A stretch of 54,698 nucleotides of DNA. Source: an uncultured delta proteobacterium. Its GTDB lineage: Bacteria; Desulfobacterota; Binatia; JACPRU01. How positions within the stretch are numbered: position 1 is the stretch's first letter; each line of letters starts with the position of its first letter. Below are positions 35,551-46,527 of this stretch, piece after piece. The position numbers and the translations under genes were made by a program. The notes beneath the pieces are model-generated. The model ran no database searches. It was not told the origin of the DNA and saw only the letters and a program-made list of their open reading frames with translations. The stretch covers positions 1-54,698 of the forward strand of contig CAVPWJ010000058.1 in the NCBI GenBank assembly GCA_963708955.1, read 5' to 3'.

Positions 35551-38500
35551 ATGGAGAGATTGAAAAAGCAGGGACTCTACGATCCGCGTTTCGAGCACGA
35601 CGCCTGCGGCGTCGGCTTCGTGGTCAACGTGCGCGGCGAGAAGTCGCACGACATCGTCGAGAAGGGCCTCACGGTGCTCGCCAACCTCGAGCACCGCGGC
35701 GCCTGCGGCTGCGATCCGCTGACCGGCGACGGCGCGGGCATCCTGCTGCAGATCCCGCACGCGTTCTTCAAGAAAGAGCTGGCGGCGCAAAAGCACCGTT
35801 TGCCCGAGCCCGGCGAGTACGGCGTGGGCATGGTGTTCCTGCCGCGCGAGACGAACCAGCGCAACGAATGTCAAGAGATCTTCGAGAGCGCGGTGCGCGA
35901 GGCCGGTCTCCGGCTGATCGGCTGGCGGCACGTTCCGGTCGATTCCGCCGAGTGCGGGCCGCAGGCGCGGGCGATCATGCCGGAGATCCGCCAGATCTTC
36001 ATCGGCCGCGACGGCCGGAGCGTGAAGGACCAGGCGACGCTCGAGCGCAAGCTCTACGTCGTGCGCAAGGTGGTCGAGAACCGCGTGACCGACTCCGGGA
36101 TGCCGGAGAACGAGGCCTTCCACGTCGCCAGCCTCTCGTCGCGCACCGTGGTCTACAAGGGCCTGCTGATCTCGTGGCAGATCCCGAAGTTCTACAAGGA
36201 CCTCCGTGACCCGGCCATCGCCTCCGCGCTGGCGCTGGTGCACCAGCGATTCTCCACCAACACGCTGCCGTCCTGGGATCGCGCGCACCCCTACCGCTTC
36301 CTCGCCCACAACGGCGAGATCAACACGCTGCGCGGCAACGAGAGCTGGATGCACGCCCGCGAGAAGAACTTCGCCTCGCCGCTGTTCGGCGAGGACGTCG
36401 AGAAGATCGTGCCGATCATCAATCCACGGGGCTCGGACTCGGCGAAGTTCGACAACGCGCTCGAGCTGCTGATGCTCACCGGCCGCTCGATCGACCACGC
36501 CGTCATGATGATGATCCCCGAGGCGTGGCAGAACCACGAGTCGATGAGCGAGACGAAGCGCGCTTTCTACGAGTACCAGTCCTGCCTAATGGAGCCGTGG
36601 GACGGTCCGGCGTCGATCGCCTTCACCGACGGCGTGCGCATCGGCGCGGTGCTCGACCGCAACGGACTGCGCCCCTCGCGCTACGTGGTCACCAAGGACG
36701 GCCTGGTGGTCATGGCCTCCGAGGTCGGCGTGCTCGACATTCCACCCGAGAACGTCGAGGCCAAGGGGCGGCTCCAGCCCGGGCGCATGTTCCTGGTCGA
36801 CACCAGCCTCGGCCGCATCGTCGGCGACGACGAGATCAAGGAGCGCATGGCGGCGCGCCGGCCCTACCAGCAGTGGCTCGACGAGAACCTGGTGAGGCTA
36901 TCGAGCTTACCGCCGGCGCAGTCGCTGCCCGAGCGCTTCGACAAGGCAACGCTGCTCGAGCAGCAGCAGGCCTTCGGCTACACGATCGAGGACCTCAGGT
37001 TGTTGATGGCGCCGATGGCGATCAACGGCCAGGAGGCGGTCGGCTCGATGGGCACCGACACGCCGCCGGCGGTGCTGTCGGACCGCCCGCAGTTGCTGTT
37101 CGGCTACTTCCAGCAGCTCTTCGCCCAGGTCACCAACCCCTCGATCGACCCGCTCCGTGAGGAGCTGGTGATGTCGGTCTCCACCATGCTCGGCGCCGAG
37201 CAGAACCTGTTCGAGGAGACGCCGCTGCATTGCCGGCAGCTCGAGGTGAAGACGCCGGCGCTCGGCAACGCGGATCTCGAGCGCATCAAAGAGCTCGATC
37301 AAGAGGGTCTGCGGACCATCACGCTGTCGACGCTCTTCCACTGCGAGGGCGGCGAGGCGGCGCTCGAGAAGGCCGTCGAGGACCTCTGCCAAAACGCTTC
37401 CGACGCGGTCACCGCCGGAGCGACGATTCTGGTGCTCTCCGATCGCGGCGTCGACAAGGAGCACGCGCCGATCCCGTCGCTGCTCGCCGTGGCGGCCGTC
37501 CACCACCACCTGATCCGCAAGGGCACGCGCACGCGCTGCGGCCTGGTCGTCGAGAGCGGCGAGCCGCGCGAGATCCACCACTTCGCGCTGCTCGTCGGCT
37601 ACGGAGCGGGCGCGTTCAACCCGTATCTCGCCTACGAGACCGTGATCGACATGGTCGAGGAGGGAGTAATCAAGGGGGTCGGTGCCGAGGAGGCTGTCGA
37701 GCACTACCGCAAGGCGATCGGCAAGGGCCTGCTCAAGGTGATGTCCAAGATGGGCATCTCGACGCTGCAGAGCTACCACGGCGCGCAGATCTTCGAGGCC
37801 GTCGGGCTCTCCCGCGAGTTGATCGACAAGTACTTCACATGGACGGCGTCGCAGATCGAGGGCATCGGCCTCGACACCATCGCCGCCGAGGTGAAGGCCC
37901 GTCACGACTACGCCTACGAGGTCTCGCCGTCGCTCGACGGCGAGCTCGATGCCGGCGGGCAGTACCAGTGGCGCCGGCGCGGCGAATACCACGCCTACAA
38001 CCCGGAGACGATCGCCAAGCTGCAGCACGCGGCGCGCTCCGGCAAGTACGCGCTGTTCAAGCAGTACTCCGCGGAGGTCAACGATCACAGCGAGAAGCTC
38101 CGTACGCTGCGCGGGCTGCTGAAGCTCAAGCCGGGAATTCCCATTCCGCTCGAGAAGGTCGAGCCCGCCTCCGAGATCGTCAAGCGCTTCAAGACCGGCG
38201 CGATGTCGCTCGGCTCGATCAGCCGCGAGGCGCACGAAACGCTGGCCATCGCCATGAACCGCATCGGCGGCAAGTCGAACACCGGCGAAGGCGGCGAGGA
38301 CCCGGCGCGCTTCACTCCCGACGAGAACGGCGACCTGCGGCGCAGCGCGATCAAGCAGGTGGCGTCGGGTCGGTTCGGCGTGACCTCGCACTACTTGGTC
38401 AACGCCGACGAGCTGCAGATCAAGATCGCCCAGGGCGCGAAGCCCGGCGAGGGCGGTCAGCTGCCCGGTCACAAGGTCGACGAGTACATCGCCAAGATCC

Positions 38501-40080
38501 GCTACTCGACGCCCGGCGTCGGCCTGATCTCGCCGCCGCCGCACCACGACATCTACTCGATCGAGGACATCGCGCAGCTGATCTACGACCTGAAGAACGC
38601 CAACGACCGCGCACGGGTGAGCGTCAAGCTGGTCTCCGAGATCGGCGTCGGCACGGTGGCGGCCGGCGTCTGCAAGGCCAAGGCCGACGTGGTACTGATC
38701 AGCGGATACGAAGGCGGCACCGGCGCCTCGCCGCTCACCTCGATCAAGCACGCCGGCACGCCGTGGGAGCTCGGCCTCGCCGAGACCCAGCAGGTGCTGG
38801 TGATGAACAACCTGCGCGGTCGCATCCGCGTCGAGACCGACGGCCAGTTGAAGACGGGGCGCGATGTGGCAATCGCGGCGCTGCTCGGCGCCGAGGAGTT
38901 CGGCTTCGCCACCGCCGCGCTGGTGGCCTCGGGCTGCATCCTGATGCGCGTCTGCCACCTGAACACCTGCCCGGTCGGCATCGCTACCCAGGACCCGGTA
39001 CTGCGCCGGCGCTTCGAGGGCCGGCCCGAGCACGTGATCAACTTCATGACGTTCGTCGCCGAGGAGCTGCGCGAGATCATGGCCGAGCTCGGCTTCCACA
39101 CCGTCGACGAGATGGTCGGCCGAGTGGACATGCTCGAGCCGAGGGATGCGATCGAGCATTGGAAAGCCAAGGGCATCGATCTCACGCCGATCCTGCACAA
39201 GCCCGACGTGTCGAGCGACACGCCGATCCACTGCGTGGAAGCGCAGGACCACGGCCTCGACAAGGCGCTCGACAACCAATTGATCGATCTCGCTCGTCCC
39301 GCGCTCGAGCGGCGCGAGACGGTGAAGATCAGTCTGCCGATCCGCAACGTCAACCGCACGGTCTGCACGATGCTTTCGGCGGAGATCTCGCGGCGCTACG
39401 GCGCCGATGGCCTCCCGCCCGAGACCATCCAGATCGCCCTACGCGGCTCGGCGGGGCAGAGCTTCGGGGCGTTCCTCGCCCCGGGCATCTCGGTGCGCCT
39501 CGAGGGCGACGCCAACGACTACTTCGCCAAGGGCATGTCGGCGGGGCGGATCGTCGTCGTGCCGCCGCGCGAAGCCACGTTCGTCCCCGAGGAGAACTCG
39601 ATCGTCGGCAACGTCTCGCTGTACGGAGCAACCGGCGGCGAAGTCTTCCTGCGGGGCCTGGCGGGAGAGCGCTTCGCCGTGCGCAACAGCGGCGCGGTGG
39701 CGGTCGTCGAGGGGGTCGGCGACCACGGATGCGAATACATGACCAAGGGACTGGTGGTCGTGCTTGGCAAGACCGGACGCAATTTCGCCGCCGGAATGAG
39801 CGGCGGCCTCGCCTACGTGCTCGACGCCGACGGCGACTTCGAGCGCCGCTGCAACAAGGGCATGGTGGGCCTCGACCCGCTCGACGACGGCGACGTGAGG
39901 ACGGTCCACGACCTGGTGCGCCGGCACTACGACCTGACCGAGAGCAAGCTCGCCTGGCGCATGCTGTCGGGCTGGAAGGAGATCACCAAGAAATTCGTAC
40001 GGGTCGTGCCGGTCGAGTACCGCAAGGTGCTCGCCGCCCAGCACCTCGACAGCGACGCGGCGAAGCTGGCCTCGATCTAG
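35551..40080 (+). CDS. gltB: Glutamate synthase large subunit
   Basis: [74 protein letters not shown]. Confidence 0.99.
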   Translation: MERLKKQGLYDPRFEHDACGVGFVVNVRGEKSHDIVEKGLTVLANLEHRGACGCDPLTGDGAGILLQIPHAFFKKELAAQKHRLPEPGEYGVGMVFLPRETNQRNECQEIFESAVREAGLRLIGWRHVPVDSAECGPQARAIMPEIRQIFIGRDGRSVKDQATLERKLYVVRKVVENRVTDSGMPENEAFHVASLSSRTVVYKGLLISWQIPKFYKDLRDPAIASALALVHQRFSTNTLPSWDRAHPYRFLAHNGEINTLRGNESWMHAREKNFASPLFGEDVEKIVPIINPRGSDSAKFDNALELLMLTGRSIDHAVMMMIPEAWQNHESMSETKRAFYEYQSCLMEPWDGPASIAFTDGVRIGAVLDRNGLRPSRYVVTKDGLVVMASEVGVLDIPPENVEAKGRLQPGRMFLVDTSLGRIVGDDEIKERMAARRPYQQWLDENLVRLSSLPPAQSLPERFDKATLLEQQQAFGYTIEDLRLLMAPMAINGQEAVGSMGTDTPPAVLSDRPQLLFGYFQQLFAQVTNPSIDPLREELVMSVSTMLGAEQNLFEETPLHCRQLEVKTPALGNADLERIKELDQEGLRTITLSTLFHCEGGEAALEKAVEDLCQNASDAVTAGATILVLSDRGVDKEHAPIPSLLAVAAVHHHLIRKGTRTRCGLVVESGEPREIHHFALLVGYGAGAFNPYLAYETVIDMVEEGVIKGVGAEEAVEHYRKAIGKGLLKVMSKMGISTLQSYHGAQIFEAVGLSRELIDKYFTWTASQIEGIGLDTIAAEVKARHDYAYEVSPSLDGELDAGGQYQWRRRGEYHAYNPETIAKLQHAARSGKYALFKQYSAEVNDHSEKLRTLRGLLKLKPGIPIPLEKVEPASEIVKRFKTGAMSLGSISREAHETLAIAMNRIGGKSNTGEGGEDPARFTPDENGDLRRSAIKQVASGRFGVTSHYLVNADELQIKIAQGAKPGEGGQLPGHKVDEYIAKIRYSTPGVGLISPPPHHDIYSIEDIAQLIYDLKNANDRARVSVKLVSEIGVGTVAAGVCKAKADVVLISGYEGGTGASPLTSIKHAGTPWELGLAETQQVLVMNNLRGRIRVETDGQLKTGRDVAIAALLGAEEFGFATAALVASGCILMRVCHLNTCPVGIATQDPVLRRRFEGRPEHVINFMTFVAEELREIMAELGFHTVDEMVGRVDMLEPRDAIEHWKAKGIDLTPILHKPDVSSDTPIHCVEAQDHGLDKALDNQLIDLARPALERRETVKISLPIRNVNRTVCTMLSAEISRRYGADGLPPETIQIALRGSAGQSFGAFLAPGISVRLEGDANDYFAKGMSAGRIVVVPPREATFVPEENSIVGNVSLYGATGGEVFLRGLAGERFAVRNSGAVAVVEGVGDHGCEYMTKGLVVVLGKTGRNFAAGMSGGLAYVLDADGDFERRCNKGMVGLDPLDDGDVRTVHDLVRRHYDLTESKLAWRMLSGWKEITKKFVRVVPVEYRKVLAAQHLDSDAAKLASI

Positions 40081-40083
40081 ACA

Positions 40084-40219
40084 GGGAGAATTCACCACAG
40101 GACCACCGCGCGGCCACGCGGGCTCGGCTTCGCCGAGCCCGCAACGAGAAAAGGAATGAGAGGGGGAGAAAGAAGTCTTTGGCCGCGTGCGAGCGAAGGT
40201 CGCCCGCGGTAAGTCCCTC
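40084..40219. repeat. REP/MITE-like nested inverted repeat between gltB and gltD
   Basis: Perfect hairpin GCGGGCTCGGC-TTC-GCCGAGCCCGC (40118-40142) nested within GCGCGGCCA...TGGCCGCGT and weaker outer arms. Confidence 0.55.
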
Positions 40220-40234
40220 TCCTCGGAAGAAGCC

Positions 40235-41680
40235 ATGGGCAAGATCACGGGTTTTCTGGAGACCCCTCGCGAGCTGCCGCCGCGGCGGCCGGTCGAGGAA
40301 CGGCTGAAGGACTGGCAGGAGCTCGAGGGCAAGCTCCCGGAAGGCAAGCTTCGCGCGCAAGGCGCGCGCTGCATGGATTGCGGCATCCCCTTCTGTCACA
40401 AGGGCTGTCCCCTCGGAAACATCATCCCCGATTGGAACGACCTCGTGTACCGCGGCCGCTGGAAGGAAGCGATCCAGCGCCTGCACTCCACCAACAACTT
40501 CCCGGAGTTTACCGGCCGCGTCTGCCCGGCGCCGTGCGAAGAAGCCTGCGTCCTCAACATCAACAACGACCCGGTGACGATCAAGCAGATCGAGAAGCAG
40601 ATCGTCGACCACGCCTGGCACGAGGGGTGGGTGGCGCCGATTCCCCCGCCACGCCGCACCGGCAAGACGGTCGCCGTGGTCGGCTCCGGCCCCTCCGGCC
40701 TCGCCTGCGCGCAGCAGCTCGCTCGCGCCGGCCATGCGGTGACGGTATTCGAGCGCGACGACCGCATCGGCGGCCTGCTGCGGTACGGTATTCCCGACTT
40801 CAAGCTGGAGAAGCACCTGATCGACCGGCGCATGGAGCAAATGCGCGCCGAGGGCGTGACGTTCGTGACCAACGCGAACGTCGGCGTCGATCTGCCGACC
40901 GCGAAGCTGCGCCGCGAGTTCGACGCTTTGTGCCTGGCCGGCGGCTCCACGCAGGCGCGCGACCTGCCGATCCCGGGCCGCGAGCTCGATGGTATTCACT
41001 TCGCGATGGAGTTCCTGCCGCAGCAAAACAAGGTCGTCGCCGAAGACGCCGTGGCCGGCCAGATCACCGCGCGCGGCAAGCGCGTGATCATCCTCGGCGG
41101 CGGCGACACCGGGTCCGACTGTCTCGGCACGTCGAACCGCCAGGGAGCAATCTCGGTCCACCAGTTCGAGCTGCTGCCGCGCCCGCCCGACAAGCGCACC
41201 GAAGACATGCCCTGGCCCCATTGGCCGATGATCTTCCGCACCTCGAGCTCGCACGAGGAGGGCGTCGTCCGCGACTTCTCGATCAACACCAAGCGCTTCT
41301 CGGGCGAGCACGGCCGGGTGCAAAAGCTCCACGGCGTCCGTCTGGAGTGGCAACGCGGCGACGACGGCCGCATGCGCATGGTCGAGATCCCCGGTAGCGA
41401 GTTCGAGATGGACTGCGATCTCGTGCTACTGGCGCTCGGCTTCGTTGGACCGGAGCGCCGAGGCCCGATCGACGACCTCGGATTGAAGCTCGACGGGCGA
41501 GGCAACGTGCACGTCGACCGCAACTACATGACGAGCGAGCCGGGAGTCTTCGCCTGCGGCGATCTGCGCCGTGGCCAGTCACTGGTGGTTTGGGCGATCT
41601 GGGAAGGCCGCGAGGCCGCCCGAGGCGTCGACGCGCTCCTCATGGGCGAGACGCATATCCCCTCGAGCCCGATGCTCTGA
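40235..41680 (+). CDS. gltD: Glutamate synthase small subunit
   Basis: [65 protein letters not shown]. Confidence 0.98.
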   Translation: MGKITGFLETPRELPPRRPVEERLKDWQELEGKLPEGKLRAQGARCMDCGIPFCHKGCPLGNIIPDWNDLVYRGRWKEAIQRLHSTNNFPEFTGRVCPAPCEEACVLNINNDPVTIKQIEKQIVDHAWHEGWVAPIPPPRRTGKTVAVVGSGPSGLACAQQLARAGHAVTVFERDDRIGGLLRYGIPDFKLEKHLIDRRMEQMRAEGVTFVTNANVGVDLPTAKLRREFDALCLAGGSTQARDLPIPGRELDGIHFAMEFLPQQNKVVAEDAVAGQITARGKRVIILGGGDTGSDCLGTSNRQGAISVHQFELLPRPPDKRTEDMPWPHWPMIFRTSSSHEEGVVRDFSINTKRFSGEHGRVQKLHGVRLEWQRGDDGRMRMVEIPGSEFEMDCDLVLLALGFVGPERRGPIDDLGLKLDGRGNVHVDRNYMTSEPGVFACGDLRRGQSLVVWAIWEGREAARGVDALLMGETHIPSSPML

Positions 41681-41838
41681 GGCGCGGGGAACCGGCCGCA
41701 ACGATCGTTTACGGCCATATTCCTCGGCTCCTTTGTCTTCCCCCGCCCTCGGTCGGCGGCCAGTTCCTCGCGGACGGTCTCGACACGGGGACGGCCGTTC
41801 CCGTATCGTTCGTGTCCGCTACCCTCCGTTGTCGCTCA

Positions 41839-41867
41839 TTGACCCTGCGGCGCTTCTCTCTTAGGCT
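41839..41867 (+). promoter_or_regulatory. Candidate sigma70 promoter of the HIT gene
   Basis: TTGACC-N17-TAGGCT; AGGAGG SD downstream. Confidence 0.6.
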
Positions 41868-41902
41868 CGTCAGTCTGATTCGACCGGACCAGGAGGAAGG
41901 GA

Positions 41903-42274
41903 ATGAGTAGCTCGGGGAATTGCCCGTTCTGCGATCTGGGCCTTCGCGCGGTCAGCGAGAACGAGCTCGCCACGGCGGTACGCGACAAGGAGCCCGCATC
42001 GCGCGGGCATACGCTGGTGGTCCCGAAGCGGCATTGTCAGAGCTTCTTCGATCTCAGTCCCGCCGAGGTCGAAGCCTGCTACCGCTTGCTCCGCAAGGAA
42101 CGGGAGGCGCTGCTCCGCGAGCTGCGGCCGGACGGCTTCAACGTCGGCGTCAACGACGGCGCCGCCGCCGGGCAGTCGATCGAGCATACCCATTGGCACT
42201 TGATCCCTCGCTACAGCGGCGACCATCCGGATCCGCGCGGCGGCGTGCGTCACGTGATCCCCACGCGACGCTGA
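41903..42274 (+). CDS. HIT-family nucleotide hydrolase
   Basis: CPFC, GHTLVVPKRH, GFNVGVN.G.AAGQ, HTHWHLIPR histidine triad. Confidence 0.95.
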   Translation: MSSSGNCPFCDLGLRAVSENELATAVRDKEPASRGHTLVVPKRHCQSFFDLSPAEVEACYRLLRKEREALLRELRPDGFNVGVNDGAAAGQSIEHTHWHLIPRYSGDHPDPRGGVRHVIPTRR

Positions 42275-42293
42275 CCCTCGAGGCGCGCGGGTA

Positions 42294-42977
42294 CTAAGCG
42301 GCTCGCAGCACCTCGGCGAGGAAGCGGCGTGCGTGCTCGTGGATCACGGGCAGATCTCGCTGCGCGCTCTCGAGTAGAGCCGCCGGCGACAGGCCGCCGC
42401 GCTTCAGGTCGTCCGGGAATGCGTGCGCCATCGCGGCGATCGAGTGCAGCGTCGCCTCGAGGTGAAAGAGCAAGCCGTACGCGCGGCCAACGCGGAACGC
42501 CTGCACGGGATAGGTGGTCGAGCGCGCGAGCGGAATCGCGTCGGGGACGTCGCGGAAGATCTCGCCGTGCCATTGCAGCACGGAGAGCCGAGGTGGCAGG
42601 ACCGACGAGACAGGGTCGGCTCGACCTTCTTCGGTCAGCTCGACGGTGTGAAAGCCGATCTCGAACGCTCTCCCCGGCTCTACCCGGCCGCCCGCTGCCT
42701 TGGCGATGAGCTGCGAGCCCAGACAGACGCCAACCAGCCGGCGGCCCGAGTAGATGCGCCGCTCGAGGAGCTCGATCTCTTCGGCGATCCACGGTAGCGG
42801 ATCGTTGACGCTCATCGACCCGCCCATGGAGATCAACAGGTCGGCATCCTGCGCGCCCGCGGGAACGCCGACCTTCGGCACCAGCACGGTCTCCACCGAG
42901 GCGCCGTACTCGAGCAGCGTCTCGGCCCAGACGCCGGGTCCCTCGATCGACTCGTGCTGTAGAACGACGACGCGCAG
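42294..42977 (-). CDS. Type 1 glutamine amidotransferase-like protein; probable CTG start
   Basis: (M)RVVVLQHESIEGPG, MGG.MSVND, GVCLGSQL, WHGE, FHLE; TAAGGAG SD 6 nt before CTG at 42977. Confidence 0.85.
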   Translation of the reverse strand: MRVVVLQHESIEGPGVWAETLLEYGASVETVLVPKVGVPAGAQDADLLISMGGSMSVNDPLPWIAEEIELLERRIYSGRRLVGVCLGSQLIAKAAGGRVEPGRAFEIGFHTVELTEEGRADPVSSVLPPRLSVLQWHGEIFRDVPDAIPLARSTTYPVQAFRVGRAYGLLFHLEATLHSIAAMAHAFPDDLKRGGLSPAALLESAQRDLPVIHEHARRFLAEVLRAA

Positions 42978-43001
42978 TCCGATCTCCTTAGCCGCCGCCC
43001 A

Positions 43002-43625
43002 TCAATAGATGCCGGCGATCAGCCGCCAGGTTCGGCTCATGTACGTGCGATACCGTCGATCGAAGCGCTCGGTCATCATGCGCTCCTCGCGGGCGATACG
43101 CAGCAGCACCACGGGGAGCCACAGGCACACGGTGGCCGCGAGCGCCAGCGGGCTCGACAGCGACACCGCCGTGCCGCACGCGACGAGCATCAGCGCGGCA
43201 TAGTTCGGGTGGCGGATCCAGCGGTACGGACCGGCGTCGACCAGCGCTTGATCGTCGCGCACGCCGAGGCGGACTACGAAGCTCGCGCCGAGCGCGCGCA
43301 TCGCGAGGGCGCGCAGCACGAGCCCGGCGGCGATGATCGGCAAGCCGGCGGCGCGCGCGATCCAGTCGCCGCGGCCGCCGCCGGCCGCGCGGCCGGCGTC
43401 AAACGCCGCGGCGATGAGGATCGCCAGGAACGCCAAAGAGGTCGCCAGATCGGTCGGGTCGTTGCGCCCAGCGGCCGGCTCGCGAAACGCGCGGCGGGCG
43501 AGATCGGCAAAGGTGATTCCGGCGACCGCCGCCAGCAGGCCCACCTCGAGGTCGATGCCGCCCGCAAGGACAATCGCCGCCGCCGCGCCCGCGGCCGCCA
43601 ATCCCGACAGCAGCGCGACTCTCAC
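43002..43625 (-). CDS. Isoprenylcysteine carboxyl methyltransferase (ICMT/Ste14) family membrane protein
   Basis: TM helices, LV..GPYRWIRHPNY, RIAREE..M...F...Y..Y; GTGA coupling to aceE. Confidence 0.88.
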   Translation of the reverse strand: MRVALLSGLAAAGAAAAIVLAGGIDLEVGLLAAVAGITFADLARRAFREPAAGRNDPTDLATSLAFLAILIAAAFDAGRAAGGGRGDWIARAAGLPIIAAGLVLRALAMRALGASFVVRLGVRDDQALVDAGPYRWIRHPNYAALMLVACGTAVSLSSPLALAATVCLWLPVVLLRIAREERMMTERFDRRYRTYMSRTWRLIAGIY

Positions 43626-46312
43626 GGACGTTCCCGCGGCACTCCGGCCACCCGTTCGGGATTCGGCGCCTCGGAGTCGATGCCGAAATCGCGAATGGCG
43701 GCTGCCGCCCGGCTCGCGTCGATGCAGCCGGAGCGGGACAGCTCGGAGAGCGCCGCGACGGCGATCGATTCCGCGTCCACCTCGAAGAAGCGCCGCAGCG
43801 GTCGGCGGTCGTCGCTGCGTCCGAAGCCGTCCGTACCGAGCGCCACGAAAGTCGACGGAACGAACCGCGCGACCTGATCGGGAAGGATCTTCAGGTAATC
43901 ACTGGCCGCGACGATCGGCCAGGGTTCGCCGGCGAGCAACCGACTCACGTACGGCATGCGCGGCTTCTCTTCGGGATGAAGGCGGTTCCACCGCTCGGCG
44001 TCGAGCGCGTCGCGACGAAGCTCGCTGTAGCTGGTGACGCTCCACACGTCGGCGGCCACCTCGCGCTCGGCGAGCAGATGCTTGGCGCGGCGCGCTTCGC
44101 GCAGGATCGCGCCGCTGCCGAACAGATGCACGCGCGGCCATGCGGCCGGCCCCTCCGCCGGGTCGAGGCGATACATGCCGCGCAGGATACCGTCCGCGAC
44201 GCCCTCGGGCATCGCCGGCATCGTGTACATCTCGTTCTGCACGGTCAGGTAGTAGACCACGTCTTCCTGCTCCACCCACATGCGGCGGATGCCCTCGCGC
44301 ACGATGGCGGCGATCTCGTAGGCGTAGGCGGGATCGTAGGCCCGCACGGTGGGCACGACGCTCGCCAGCACGTGACTGTGGCCGTCTTGGTGCTGCAAGC
44401 CTTCCCCAGAGAGCGTGGTCCGCCCCGCCGTAGCGCCGATGAGAAAGCCGCGCCCCCGCGCGTCGGCGTTCTGCCAGATGAGATCGCCGACCCGCTGGAA
44501 CCCGAACATCGAGTAGAACGTGTAGAATGGAATCGTCACCACGCCGTGCGTGGCATAGGCCGTAGCCGCCGCGGTGAACGAGGCCATGGCGCCGGCTTCC
44601 GTGATGCCTTCCTCGAGCAACTGGCCGTCCTGCGCCTCGCGATAGTAGGCGACCACGTCGGAATCGACGGGCTCGTAGCGCTGCCCGACCGACGAATAGA
44701 TGCCGTGCTTGCGGAACAGGGCGTCCATTCCGAAGGTCCGCGCCTCGTCCGGAACGATCGGCACGATCGCCTTGCCGATGCCCGGAGAGCTCATCAAGTG
44801 GCGCAGCAAGCGCACGAACACCATGGTGGTGGCGACCTCGCGGTCGCCGCTGCTCTTCAGGAACTCGGCGAACAGATCCTCGGCTAGCGGCTCGATCGGT
44901 TCGGCCCGCACGATACGCTTGGGAACGAACCCGCCGAGCGCGCGACGGCGCTCGAGCAGGTACTGCATCTCCTCGCTGTCCTCCGCGGGCCTGTAGAAGG
45001 GCGTCTCGAGCAGTTCCCGATCGCCGATCGGAATACCGAAGCGGTCGCGGAAGCTGCGCAGTTCCTTCTCCGAGAGCTTCTTCTGCTGGTGCGTGACGTT
45101 TCGTCCCTCGCCGACCTCCCCGAGTCCCCAGCCCTTGACCGTCTTGGCGAGAACGACGGTCGGCGAGCCGCGGTGCTCCACCGCCGCCTTGTACGCGGCA
45201 TAGACCTTCTCGGGATCGTGGCCCCCACGGCGCATCTTGTGCAGCTTGGCGTCCGTCAATCCCTCGACCATCGCCAGCAGCTGTGGATGCGTGCCGAAGA
45301 AGTGCTCGCGAATGTATGCGCCCGACTCGACGGTGTACTTCTGATAGTCGCCGTCGACCGCATCGTTCATCCGGTGCATCAACAGTCTTTCGTCGTCGCG
45401 CGCCAAGAGCGAATCCCAGTCGTCGCCCCAGATCACTTTGATCACGTTCCAGCCGGCGCCGCGGAACACCGCTTCGAGCTCTTGTATGATCTTTCCGTTG
45501 CCGCGCACCGGGCCGTCGAGCCGCTGCAGATTGCAATTGACGACGAAGATCAGGTTGTCGAGCTGCTCGCGCGCCGCCAGCGTGATCGCTCCAAGGCTCT
45601 CCGGCTCGTCCATTTCGCCGTCGCCGAGGAACGCCCAGACGCGACTGTCGGAGGTGTCGCAGAGCCCGCGAGCCCGCAGATAGCGGTTGAAGCGCGCTTG
45701 ATAGATCGCCGAGATCGGCGACAATCCCATCGACACGGTCGGGAACTGCCAGAAGTCGGGCATCAGCCACGGGTGCGGATAAGACGAGAGGCCGCCGCCC
45801 GGAGACAGCTCGCGCCGGAACGCGTGCAATTCCGCCTCGCTGATCCGGCCTTCGAGATACGCCCGCGCGTAAATGCCCGGAGAGGCGTGCCCCTGGAAGA
45901 AGATCTGGTCTCCCGAAGCGCCGCCGTCGCGACCGCGAAAGAAGTGCTGAAAGCCCACCTCGAACAGCGTCGCGCACGAGGCGTAGGTCGAGATGTGCCC
46001 GCCAATGCCCGCGGTCTGTTTGTTGGCTTTGACCACCATGGCCATGGCGTTCCAGCGGATCAGGCTCTTGATGCGGCGCTCGATCTCTCGGTCCCCCGGA
46101 TAGGGCGGCTGGGCTTCGAGCGAAATCGTGTTTAGGTACGGGGTGTTGAGCGGCCCGGCGAACGCGAGCCCGAGGCCTTGCCCGTGCTCGACGAGGCGCG
46201 ACAGCAGGCGGCCCGCGGCGGCCACTCCACGCTCTCGAGCCATGCCTTCGAGAGACTCGATCCACGCGTCCGTATCCATGTCCGCTTCAGTACGCCGGTG
46301 AGTCGATTCCAT
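43622..46312 (-). CDS. aceE: Pyruvate dehydrogenase E1, homodimeric type
   Basis: RWNAMAMV, GGHISTYAS, QGHASPG.YAR, SSYPHPWLMPDFWQFPTVSMGL, GDGEMDEPES TPP motif, YSMFGFQR, LGTDGFGRSD; start uncertain (46312 or 46279). Confidence 0.96.
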   Translation of the reverse strand: MESTHRRTEADMDTDAWIESLEGMARERGVAAAGRLLSRLVEHGQGLGLAFAGPLNTPYLNTISLEAQPPYPGDREIERRIKSLIRWNAMAMVVKANKQTAGIGGHISTYASCATLFEVGFQHFFRGRDGGASGDQIFFQGHASPGIYARAYLEGRISEAELHAFRRELSPGGGLSSYPHPWLMPDFWQFPTVSMGLSPISAIYQARFNRYLRARGLCDTSDSRVWAFLGDGEMDEPESLGAITLAAREQLDNLIFVVNCNLQRLDGPVRGNGKIIQELEAVFRGAGWNVIKVIWGDDWDSLLARDDERLLMHRMNDAVDGDYQKYTVESGAYIREHFFGTHPQLLAMVEGLTDAKLHKMRRGGHDPEKVYAAYKAAVEHRGSPTVVLAKTVKGWGLGEVGEGRNVTHQQKKLSEKELRSFRDRFGIPIGDRELLETPFYRPAEDSEEMQYLLERRRALGGFVPKRIVRAEPIEPLAEDLFAEFLKSSGDREVATTMVFVRLLRHLMSSPGIGKAIVPIVPDEARTFGMDALFRKHGIYSSVGQRYEPVDSDVVAYYREAQDGQLLEEGITEAGAMASFTAAATAYATHGVVTIPFYTFYSMFGFQRVGDLIWQNADARGRGFLIGATAGRTTLSGEGLQHQDGHSHVLASVVPTVRAYDPAYAYEIAAIVREGIRRMWVEQEDVVYYLTVQNEMYTMPAMPEGVADGILRGMYRLDPAEGPAAWPRVHLFGSGAILREARRAKHLLAEREVAADVWSVTSYSELRRDALDAERWNRLHPEEKPRMPYVSRLLAGEPWPIVAASDYLKILPDQVARFVPSTFVALGTDGFGRSDDRRPLRRFFEVDAESIAVAALSELSRSGCIDASRAAAAIRDFGIDSEAPNPERVAGVPRERP

Positions 46313-46413
46313 GGGGAGATGATGATCGTAGCGTCGAGAATTGTCTAGAAGCCACCGCGAAACGGCTACGGCGGGGACAACCAATGTGTCAGTCGGGGGT
46401 TGTCAGGAGACCG

Positions 46414-46431
46414 TCCATATGCGCATATGGA
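46414..46431. promoter_or_regulatory. Perfect 18-bp palindrome in the divergent promoter region
   Basis: TCCATATGCGCATATGGA. Confidence 0.6.
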
Positions 46432-46444
46432 GACTCGCCATACA

Positions 46445-46474
46445 TTGACTGCGCATTGATTTAACTGCCATAAT
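46445..46474 (+). promoter_or_regulatory. Candidate sigma70 promoter
   Basis: TTGACT-N18-CATAAT; AGGAGG SD at 46513-46518. Confidence 0.55.
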
Positions 46475-46527
46475 CGAGGCAGCTCAATCGGAAACTGGAA
46501 GCGGTGGAACATAGGAGGACATGATCA

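Noticed and set aside
36907-40307. Very long alternative-frame ORFs (790 and 1025 aa) over gltB, and similar ones over other genes
   Set aside because: Expected stop-poor shadow frames in high-GC coding DNA; low-complexity Arg/Ala/Gly products
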